NCBI RefSeq assembly: GCF_038025025.1 | Contig: NW_027117341.1 | Location: 1,116,001-1,180,000, forward strand | DNA length: 64,000 nt | Origin: Phyllosticta citribraziliensis | Lineage: Eukaryota | Direction: 5' to 3' | Shown here: positions 24,327 through 35,089 of the stretch, piece after piece | Numbering within the stretch: position 1 is the stretch's first letter | Layout of the letters: the number at the start of each line of letters is the position of its first letter | Notes under the pieces: generated by a model | The model's database searches: none | Told to the model about the DNA's origin: nothing | The model's input: the letters and a program-made list of their open reading frames with translations, nothing else | Translations under genes and position numbers: made by a program

Positions 24327-25745
24327 ATCAACGGTGGGCGAGGATGACGAGTAATGTGCATGGATGGAAGTGGATTTGGTAGCGACAATGATTAGCCCAG
24401 AGAAGGGAGATTCTGCGTATATAAAGATCTCTTTCCCTAAGACCTGTGCACGTAGATTTTGCGGGTTTTCCTCATGTTTGGTCAGGACTTTTTAGGTACT
24501 TGAGGTCAAACGCGGACTCTTGCTAATCAAGCTTTTTTTCTACCAGGAAACCAGTCACGGCCGTCTATGAATGGTATACCATCTCTCTTTCATCAGGGTT
24601 GACTCGTTTTCTTGCTCATGCCAAATGTGTCCTTTCGCCCGACGCCAGCGGCCCAGGAGGTGATGGGTGGCCTTGGGACTGACGCGGTAATGATCATTGC
24701 CATTCTCTGGAGCGGCGCAGCAACATAGAGGTTGACTTGTACCGAAATACTGACGCCAGTAATGCTGCTGCGGCGAAGCGACCACCAAATACCACGACAG
24801 AATCTAAAAGGCATTGCGAAGGCCATGCGGCGCGGGTGGCCAAAGAATGTTCAACTGCTTGAAGCCAATGGAGAAATTGGAGACCGGGAGCTAAAACGGA
24901 CGGTGAAGTCGGCTTTGAAAGGCTTGCCACTCCTGCCGCTGGCCTGGAAGACGTTGACGGAGTTGAACGAGAAGTCCGTCCAGATTTCCACGCGCCATGG
25001 TTCCCGCTAGCATGCGGACATCGAATTGTTGCATCGCTTCATCAAGTTAAAGCAGCAGTACAACTTGTCCTTGCTAGCCACGTATCTATTCTGCTGACAG
25101 TGCTCTCGAGCTTCATTCGTACAGACACGATCGTATAGCCCGTCCCCAAAGGTAGTCGTTCTTCCCTTCCATTTACAACAGAAGTGTCATCATTGATGGT
25201 TCGTGTTGGGGCAGGTAAGCTAGTGGGATGAATATCCATCGTAGTCCTCCACTCCAAAAACACCGACGACAACGATGACAACGATGACGAATTTCCTATT
25301 CGGGTTAGACACCAGAGGAGTAGGTACAAAATCTTGCTTCCACCGCCGTCCTCATCCTCCATCAACCCGGCCGACGACGACGAAGACGACGACGACGACG
25401 AAGAAGAATAGGAGGAGGACGCCGGAACGCCGGAACGCCAGGACGACGACGGACCTTGCTGCCACCAGACTCCCAATCGATCACGTTTGAGGCAATCACA
25501 TTTCCGGCAATCCTTTTCTACCCTTCCAACGGTCTTCTTGTGCAAACCCCTCTTTCCGACAGTCTCCCTCTCGACCATCGAGCCTCTGTGAATTCCCTTT
25601 TTGGACGACTGGTTCAATTGGTCTACAATCGAACATCAACACCTCCAAGCGTCCTGAGCTCGAGACCGAGAACAAATTACGAAACGGCGACGTCGACAAG
25701 ACGAAACTTCGGCTCATTCCTCCTCGTGCTTTCACCAACAGATGA

Positions 25746-26291
25746 CTTCTTACAATCCCATCTGCTCCTCGTGACTACTGTCTCAAGACATGGCAACGCA
25801 ATTCTGGACAGATTTCCGCGGACCAAAAGGAGATTGTCCGGCAGGTGTTCAGCGAGAAGACGGAATTTGTTCTCGAGATCGAGACAATCGAGAAAATGTC
25901 TGAATTCAGGGAGACCCACAAGCAGACGACGTTCTATGCTGCCGCTCGCTGGGTCTTCGGACTCGAACAGACCCGTTCAATCGCTTCTCGTCGCAAGCGC
26001 AAACCCTTTCCGCACCCGCCAGAGAACCTTCGGACTCCAGAGGGCCACATTGTTCTCTCCGAGCTCCTGAAGAGGTACGACGACCACGTTCACAAGTCCC
26101 GGCGCGAGACTTGCCGCTTGGACTGTAAGGACTTCGCTTCAAACTATCGCCTGATGGCCAAAGTCGGACGGGAAAACGCACGCCGCAAGATTGAGTGGCA
26201 CGAGGAGCATGGCTACTGGAGGGATGGTTTCATTTACTACGATGACGAGTTTGATTGCCCCGAGTGTCAAGCAGACCAAGACAACCAGTGA
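25746..26291 (+). pseudogene. Cassette gene A, copy 2 (5' end disrupted or not located)
   Basis: Frame reads RDYCLKTWQRNSGQISADQKEIVRQVFSEKTEF...ENARRKIEWHEEHGYWRDGFIYYDDEFDCPEC, matching copy 1. A TGA at 25743 lies upstream and there is no ATG before the homologous block. Confidence 0.6.
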
Positions 26292-27450
26292 AAAATGGTT
26301 GAAGAGCAGCCACGGTACTAGCGGGCGTCTGCCTGAATGAACCGATTCGATCAGGACAATTTCAACAGCTGAAAAGTGCATCGAGCAAGGTTGACCTCGG
26401 AGGACTGGAGTTTCAGTGGTTTCCGAAAACCACGATTGATGCTACGGGTCATTGGACAGGGACTGCGGATTTGAAGCTTGGACGACCACGATGGAGTGGA
26501 GTTTCAGGGGCAAAACTTGAGCTTTGAGCGTTTGTCGGCGGTTGGGTGGTCAAAATCGGGGACAGGGCCATCACCACAAAAGTTGTTCTTGCAGAGTCAT
26601 TGAGTCTGGAAGAGTACGATTCTTGATGGGGGCTTGCTGGAGGAAAACGATTCTGTCAAAATGAGCAAAGGGCGTCTCAAACGGGACTGGGGAATGGTCA
26701 AGGCCATTGATTCCACAAAACTGTGGGGAAACAGTCAGGGGCCTTACCTAATGAGTGGTTCAAAGTACGCGAGCAGTTTGTTTTTGAGGGAATAGCATTC
26801 GGTGACTGGTCGTTTCGATCTGATTCGATCGAATAACTCTGCCACTTCTTCCAGTCTGTGTACGGTGCAGTCGATTGTATCAATCGCGAGATTGACGCAG
26901 TCATGGAAAACGCCCACTGCGTACTGTTTCTCTCAAACGGCACTGCAGGACGGGCGACCTGACCTACCTGCCAAGGACATCGAATTTCCTTAATCATACG
27001 GACTGGTCAAATAGAAGCACTCGAATTCCAGTGGATTGGTGCAATCATGGCTTCAAGTCGATGGGAATCGGTGATTGCACGGATTGAGCCAATCTGCTCT
27101 CCTTAATTCTCCTTAACCTCCCCATTAGACTTCAGGTCATCGCTCTCCCCACCACGGAGAAGCTTTCTCTGTCCAAATTCTCGTGTTCTGGCCCCTTTTA
27201 GAGAAACCGTTTGCAACAATGACCCTATGGAGATTGCTACAATCTCCTAGTTTGAATCAAACGCGCATGACAGTCAATCCGCAAAGAACTCATCACTTAA
27301 GGCCTTCTGTCCTCCATCAACGAGTGCAGTCCGATCAGAGGAGTTGTGCTCATCTTTTATCAGATCACCATCGCGACCCTATTCTCATACACCCCTGGAA
27401 TTCGCAGCAGTCGGAATAGAAACCCGAATCTCCACTCCTCCGTGACATCA

Positions 27451-28467
27451 ATGTCCTCCGCAAATATGGAACCGGTGTACAAGGACCAGGAGACCGGTCT
27501 TACGTACAGCAAGAGCCCCAAGTACAGAATCCTCGTCGGAATGGATTCAGAAGGACCTTCAGTGATCTGGTCGAGCATGTTGCCCATGTTCTTCGCATCA
27601 CGAGACGGCAACGAGCAAATCGAAGTTTCCGCCCTGAGCAAGGCCTCGGTTCGACTTGTCCCGCCTTTCAACGGCATCAAACTGGAAACGGAAGAAGACA
27701 GGAAGAAAGCCCTGGCACTGTTCCGGCGGATCTGGATTCGCATTTTTCCTGACGTCAAGAATTATCACTTCGATCAATACAGCAACTGTGCTGTGCGTAT
27801 TTCGGAGAAAGAACGAGTGTCGGTTGAGGAGTTCATCAATCGTGTCAGACAGGGCAGGCAGAAGCTGGCGCCTCACCACGAGTGTCTCAGCTTCGACACG
27901 GAGGAGGACGCGCAAGATTCGATGCTCGTGATGTTTGTGGAGTTTTCATCTGTTGTCGTCGAGAGGAACAAGACCCTGCTATACTCAACTCCTTCGACTA
28001 CTCAGAATCTCAGCTCGAGCAAAGCCAGTGGAAAAATTTGATGGCACGATGGGAATTTCTTCCTATCAGAGTCGTGACTTTGTGAGTGGCTTCAAATTGA
28101 TCAACACCCAGCGAAATTGCTCACTATAACCAAATAGGGCCTTTGAGCACGGCGAAAATAGGATGGATGAGACGTGTGGAACACGACCTGAGAGCCGGGC
28201 GTCACTGCAGTCAATAGAATTTAGGCTAGATGAAATCAGGGGGATCTTGGTCATGGTCGCAGAGATGTAATTTTGGAGATTTTCCTCTCAAAACGCTTGG
28301 ATTCACGTGTGCCGGTTGTTGAAAGAAAATGCAGGATACGAGGAGTGAAAAGGCGTCAGAACTGTTCTAGAACATGTAGAGAAGTGGCTGGGAGGGATGG
28401 AAAGAATCCCACAAATAAACCAAACTGGCCAGAGATTTGTTGGCAAACGCTGAGCACGTTGGTTTGA
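27451..28467 (+). pseudogene. Cassette gene B, copy 2: 196-aa ORF (27451-28041) plus frameshifted, stop-interrupted tail
   Basis: ETGLTYSKSPKYRILVG and VRLVPPFNGIKLETEEDRKKALALFRRIWIRIFP match copy 1. A shifted frame gives KPVEKFDGT..RDFVSGFKL and IRGILVMVAEM, which resemble the later part of copy 1. Confidence 0.6.
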
Positions 28468-31400
28468 CGGATTGACACGCGTCTTCCGATCCTCTCCTGC
28501 TGTTAGGCATGCCCAGCAAGAGCCATCAGAGTAGCCCTCTCGCGCGAAAAAGGGAGTGATCCAAGACTCGTCTCGGAGCTGCGGTCGTTTCTCTGCGGCG
28601 AGCCAGTGGTTACTTGTTTGGTTGTTAAAACCGAGTTAGCGCCAACACGGCATCTCAAAGCCTTTCGCGACAACCACGCGATGCCGTACTTCAACACATT
28701 CATCCCATCTTCAAAAAGCTGTGCGTGGGCTAGATGTCGAAAGGCGTCATCAACAGCACTCCGTCGACCCCGTTCCAGCTCGAACCAAGCGACACACCGA
28801 CCAGGGACCCACCCTCCTAGCCACATGAAGCTAAAACAAAACGTACAACAGCCGGGATTCGCTGCTGGTCACCCACGCAACTACTAATCGGCCGCAAGGT
28901 AGCTTATCTATGGAAGAGCGGACGGGGTTCCGAGTTTTCTACCTGCTATGGTCGTACGTGGAATTACCGTCTGCAAATAAGACTTATTATGGCACACTTG
29001 CGTCGCATCCAGCACCAATTTCCCCTCCCCTCTCCGCGCCTCCTCTTGACAGTCATTCGATGGTCCTACGCCCCGCAACGCCTGCCTTCAGCTCAAGACA
29101 GAACTAGCCACCATCTACAGCCGCTCCTGCACACGCTCACTCAGAGCACCAAACCTGCTTGTCCCTCCAAGCGCACAGAAGACTCGGTTCGCGCCGTCCG
29201 CCCCTCGGCTTTCCCCAAACAAGCAACCCCGCGCTCTCCGCGCCCCGGCACCGCGCGGCGTGTCCGCAACAGTCGCATCCAGACCCGAACGAGGCAGCCT
29301 CGCGGCGCGCTCGTTTTCCCCGTGGGGACAGCGCGCGCTTGTGGGGTGGGTACTGTACCTGGATAGGCGGGTGTGTGGGTTGGTGGGTGCTTTGGCGCGC
29401 GTGCTGGGTGCGCCCTCGAGACGAGGGCCTCGTTTCGGCGTTGCGGTACGCACGCCTCTTGTGTGCAGTACAGGACATGCGGGTTGCGTTCTAAGGACTG
29501 TGGCAAAATTGCGGTCGACGCGTTGTTTGACGTTCTTGTGCTGTGATGTGTGCGTTGACAGAGGCGAGAGAACTCTTTTCCGCTGCCGGTGCTGCTACTG
29601 CTGCTACCGTTGAAGCTCTCGCGTAAAGTCAGTCTGTGGTGGAATAACGACGTTCCTGTCCATATAGGCGGCAAAAAGTTGATGCTGGATAGACAGCGGT
29701 GGCATATTGTCTGTATACGATCTGAGTTTGCTATGCCCACGCTCTCGATTTCCTTTGCTCGTTCGAGACGTGTAAGCAAGTAGCAGTGCAAAAAGGAGCG
29801 GCCGCAATCTTGATTGGCTGGCTTTGTTTGTGACGAATGGTTTGTTTCTCTCGTTCTGTGATTGAAAAATGATGTATGTGGTTCAAATGTGATGCTACCT
29901 TTTGTCAAGGGTCAAAACGCGTGAAAGGGCAAATGGTGGTAGATTGACATCCGGCGGCGGTAAATGGCAGCGCTTGCCATGAAAGAATATGTTGTAGATC
30001 GTACTGCCGACCTAATATGAACTACGCAATAAACGCTAGCGTTGACGCCTTGTTCTACGTTTTCCTCCCGTATCTATAAAAGTTGATCTAGAAGCCCCAC
30101 AGGAATAACAGAATCACGAATCCCACGTCATCAACTTGACAGCTACACCCACCGCACGCCATTCATTAGCATCACTCGTCAACCAATCAAATCCGCCGAC
30201 GGAGCCCTCGCGGCAAGCAGGACGAGGAGACTGCAAGAGATCGTGAACTCACCAAAATAGGCCACCCCAGCCAGACTAAGCAGCATGCAGCCAATCGTCA
30301 CCATGACCTGCAGGCCCGGCCCCGTGGCCAGCCGCGTGTCCACCATGTTCTTTTCCTTCTCGTTGTTGCTGTTTTCGGCAGCAAAGCCGCGTGCGTCTGC
30401 AGATGCGAAGGCGGATGTTGCAGTAGTGGCAAAATGTACGTACTTCTTTGAGTCAGGTACGGGGATAAGTGAACCAGTGGCCGCGGGAGGGGGTTGAGGC
30501 TATGCTGCTGATGCTGCTGCTGCAATCCGTCTTGCACCGGCAGTATGTACGCACGGCACGTGTGGTTCACGCACGCTCTTGAAGATTGCAGGAGAGGAGA
30601 ACCACTCTTCGATGAGATAGGTGGACAGGCCGGAGCGTTACACGCCGTAGACGGTGCGAACCGAACGCGTCAAGGCCGTACAGGCCGTACAGCAGGTACA
30701 GCAGGTAGCTGGGCCTTCGGAAGTAGACGGAGATGCGCCAGTTCCCGTCCTTTGTCGTGTGAGGACGTGGGTCAGACAGGGCATCAATCGGGTCAGGGCG
30801 CGTACGAGTAGTTCCGCGAGTCGTTTGCTGCCTTGTCCACCTGCCAGCGCGTTGTCCGCTTCCGTGCGGCAGAAAGGCAGAAAGACAGATGAGTGGATGC
30901 GGCGGCGCGTGAATGTTCGGACGGAGCCGGAGCGTTTCGTCGAACGGGTGGATGATATGGAGAAGTGAGCGGGCACGGGAAAACCTGACGCCTAAGAGGA
31001 CGACGGACAGACCTGCGCATTAGCGCTGCACGATTTGGGTCAAGATGGCGGACGTGGCGCCTGGGGAAGGCTGGGGTATTGGTAGTTGATGCGTAGAAAG
31101 AGAGCAGGCATGTCGGGCGGGTGTGTGCAGGGCTCGCCGTTTGGTTTGCTTCTCCAGCCAGAAAGATCAAGTGCCGTGGCAGGGTTGGGATGGGAAACCA
31201 AGCCGGTGGCCGACACGTGCTCTTCATCCCATCAACCACGTTTGGTTATGCTGTAAAGTAGTGCTGCATGGGTCTAAGGGGACGAGGCGAACAAAGCTTT
31301 GGCTCTTGTCTCCCCGCACTGTGGCATCACGAGGTCCTCGACGCAGAAGGGTCTCGTATAGCGCGCGGCATAACGACGTGGATTGGGAAAAAAAGAACGC

Positions 31401-32611
31401 AAGATCTGGACCAATGCCCTTGCCGAACCACAGAAACGATTCGACGTTGCCGTCGTGGAGAGGGCAACGGGTATCCTTGAGTATGCCAGGACCAGGGCTT
31501 TGCGGCAGCTGCTTGTGTGGGCGCCTCCAGCGGAAAGTTGGGCTGGGAAATCCTGTGCGCAATCAGTGTGCATCGAATTTGAAATCTCCGTGCTGTTCCC
31601 CGCTGGTCGACTTACGACGCGTGCTACGTCACATTAGACATCAACCTGATCTTCGCCAACATTGCGGTTGAACGTGGCCAGACTAATGCGAGATAATGAG
31701 GCCCAGCAGAGTGGCCACTAGCTACCCCGCCATTTGCATTGACTCCAACCTCCTCCCGCTCTTGGACTCGAGCGGAGAGCTTGGCTGGCAAAGTACCCCA
31801 GGCTAGCGTGTCGCATTTAGGTGTGACGTGTCGAGGCGAAGAGAACCACAACGTCGATGAAGCGGTGCCAAGCTTCGTACATGATTCGAGCTGAACGACG
31901 GGGAATTTGGGTACAAACCGTGGCAAATGCCGTCTATTGGTTGGCGATGGCAAGTCTGTTGCCATGAAGGGGAGGTCGCGAATGCTAGTCCTGGTAGACA
32001 GCTCCGATGCTAGTTGAAAGGCCACCTTGGGGTTGGGTGATCTCTATGGTGATTGGCCTAGACTTGGACTGCATTGGAGATGAAGCTTTTTGAACTGCTT
32101 GGTAGATCTTCCGTTGTCGTTACTGTGGCACATTTGGGGTTCGAGACGAGAGCCCTGGTGATCAGGTTGACTAGAATAGACAGCAAACGACTGAGAACCT
32201 GCAGCTAAACCAGACCAAGCATTTAGATCAGCTCGAAGAAGCTTTCCAGTCGATGGACCATCTCCAGGAAATTGGGAATATTGTTACGGGACTTATTCGG
32301 TAGTACAGTGGACGTGAGTAGCAGGGGAGTCGAGGACACATGGAAATCCGCGCGACAGACTGGCCTCGCTCAAACTGAATCGACTGGCCAAAATAATGAC
32401 AGCTTCAACAATTGGGCAGAATCGTGGCCTGGACAATTTTCTTCGATAAAAGTAAAGTACAGTACCAATCAGAACGTTCGCCTCTTGAAACATGGGGTTG
32501 TAGTGTTCAAGGAAAACAGGCTGTTGCACACCATCAACATGATGCGTGTAACACCTGGGTGACGCGAGAAGCTGAAGGATTCAAGTCGCGCAAAGGTGGC
32601 TTGGATGTTGC

Positions 32612-33100
32612 TCAGTAACCCTTGAGGTCAAAGTTCTTGCGCTCGTGCTCCAGAATAGCCTGGACTTTTGATGCCGATGCGCTTTGCGGGTCGAAATGAT
32701 AGCCCAGCCACTCCTTGGCGAGCCTCCTAGCCAGTTCCAGACCCACCACCCTCTCGCCCATGCAGAGGACTTGGGCGTTGTTGCTGAGAACGGCCCTTTC
32801 AACGCTAAAACTGTCGTGCGCTGTTACAGCCCTGATTCCGGGCACCTTGTTGGCACTAATCGCGACTCCAAGGCCTGTGCCGCAAATAAGGAGGGCACGG
32901 TCAGCCTTGCCCTCGCTGACGAGCTTTGCCGCATCGACGGCGACGTGGGGATAGGCAGTCTTGTCTGTGTTTCCGTTGACGCCAACGTCGAACACTTGTT
33001 CTACCCTGGGATCCTTTTCGAGGTCGGCCTTGATGGTGTTTTTGTAGTTGATGCCGGCATCATCGCAGCCGACGACGATACGGAGCTTTTGAGTGGCCAT
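32612..33100 (-). CDS. rpiB: Ribose-5-phosphate isomerase B (RpiB/LacAB family)
   Basis: Motifs [30 protein letters not shown] and [15 protein letters not shown]. Confidence 0.95.
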   Translation of the reverse strand: MATQKLRIVVGCDDAGINYKNTIKADLEKDPRVEQVFDVGVNGNTDKTAYPHVAVDAAKLVSEGKADRALLICGTGLGVAISANKVPGIRAVTAHDSFSVERAVLSNNAQVLCMGERVVGLELARRLAKEWLGYHFDPQSASASKVQAILEHERKNFDLKGY

Positions 33101-33138
33101 GGCGCAGGGGTTGCGATGATATCACCGGAGTGGAGCGG

Positions 33139-33444
33139 TTACTGAAAGAGAGCGTTGCTGTTGTACTTTTCTCCTTCCTTGGCTTCGTTTTCCGATGTTC
33201 GCGATTCCTTGTCTGACTTTGCGGTCCAAGTGGAATGGTGCTCCGTCTTCCTGGGTTCCGAGGAGCAGTTGTGTTCGAGTTTCAGTGGCCTGGAGGTGAT
33301 GGTTGAGCGAATAGTTCCCGTGACTGGCTGCTGCTGATGGTAGACTTTGGTTTCACCGGTGTTGCCGTTGACGGTCTTTTGATAGTAGCTGTCCGAGTCG
33401 ATTTTGAGCCCCAAGGAGAGCTTTACATTCTTCTTTGGAGGCAT
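33139..33444 (-). CDS. 101-aa hypothetical ORF ending 38 nt upstream of rpiB
   Basis: Good start context (cctccgccATG), MPPKK start and hydrophilic sequence; no recognisable family. Confidence 0.4.
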   Translation of the reverse strand: MPPKKNVKLSLGLKIDSDSYYQKTVNGNTGETKVYHQQQPVTGTIRSTITSRPLKLEHNCSSEPRKTEHHSTWTAKSDKESRTSENEAKEGEKYNSNALFQ

Positions 33445-35089
33445 GGCGGAGGAATGATCTTATACGGCGTGAGGTTCAGCAAGTGTAGGAAACAAGAGCT
33501 ACCCCGCCTGGACTGACATGCACCGGATTGCCTATTTGGGGGGTCCCGTTGGACGGCTTTCGATGCAATTCGGCTCGAGGGCTCACTGGCTCTTTGACTG
33601 ATTTTCGACTTTCCGGGCTGGAACCGACGCGAGATGGGGATTGTCCGGATGTTGTTGACGATGGATGGTTGCGTAAGTTCGGTAAGACGTCAGGGTAGAT
33701 GGAGCGCTTAGCTCAGCAGGCCGAGACCGGCGACCCCACGGAGCGCGTCGACAACTACGGGCACGCCATGGCGACGACACCATCACCATCTTGGGGGGCG
33801 TGAAAGCTGGAAGCGTCACATCCGGCTTGTTTACTTCTTCCTTCGCCAGCCCGCACGCTGACGCCTAGCGCAAAGCACGTTCAGTAGCAGCTCGCCGCCA
33901 CTTTCTTTTTTGACTTTGCTGCGTCCCGGGTAGAGGTGGGCGAGCCTCATCAACCACCGACCCTTTCCCCGTCGAAGGTCCAAGCGTGCAGGCATCCATC
34001 TTGGGTTCCATTTGCGCTGAAGGGAGCGCGGGTCTTGACTTTGCCGGCACGCTGTCGCATTCACCAGTCAATCATCAAACCGTTCTGCAACGACATGCGC
34101 AGTATCGATGACTAGGCCGGGGCGGCAGCGGAGCAGCACCAGCAGCACCAGCAGCACCAGCACGTCTCTACAACCCCAGCGCGTCGACCAAGACTCGACC
34201 TCCAAGTACCCTGTTCCCCCAATCAGGCGGAATATCCCGAAATGGCCTCTGCAGGGCTCTCTGGCTTGGTGGCTCCGTCGCTTCCATGCCAGCAGACTGC
34301 AGCATTAACAATTCTTCAACAAGTCGACAAGGTGACGCAACACGGTGGCGAGAACAACGAGGGAGGAAAAAGTCGTCGTAGAGACAGCAACGAAGGATGC
34401 GACCATGATACAGACCAGGTCAGGCGGGAGTTGTACGGCCGTAGGTCGACCCTGATGGCTGCAGAAGCGGAACAGGGCTGTCCCAGCAGACAAACAAGCA
34501 GTGGAGGATTGCATTGCTCCCGCTGTAGAAGGCCACGACAATGTATCTCACACATTCTGGAAGAGGTCCCTGACGCACCGGCGCACGAGGGCAGTTTGAG
34601 GGCCAGACCATTTCTTTGGATCAGGCGAGGGCCGGGCTGGGTTGTTTGGAGGCGAGGCGAGGCGGGCGCAAACGGGATGGTCCCGCTGCGGGGACAGAAG
34701 CTGGAGATGCAATGGTACAGTGTGGCATGGCATGGCATGGCATTTTGGCGAAGCGTTTGCGGGCCGCCGCGGCCAGCCATTATTAAGGTGGTCTGGTCGT
34801 GTGGGTGGATGGCAACAAGGAGACATGGTCTTCTCCACATTAAGTTATTGCTCGCTCGCTGCATCAAGTGTGATCGGCTACAAGGATCTGATCTGCCACG
34901 ATCGCATTGTGTGTGCTGTGGACAAAGGGCTGCGGTAGGTACCGTGTGTTCAAAACAGCTCCCTCGTCCTCTCACACTTCGGGCAACCAAGCCAAGTCAG
35001 GTCGCTGGTGGTCTGGTTGCTTGTCGGTGAACTTCCGTCCCCGCGTACTCCACCACCTCTCCCCAACCCAACTCTCTCCCCGCGAGACC

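Noticed and set aside
24324..24360. Possible cryptic peroxisomal read-through isoforms of MDH, RpiB or the SDR
   Set aside because: None has a TGA-CTA stop context or a downstream in-frame PTS1.
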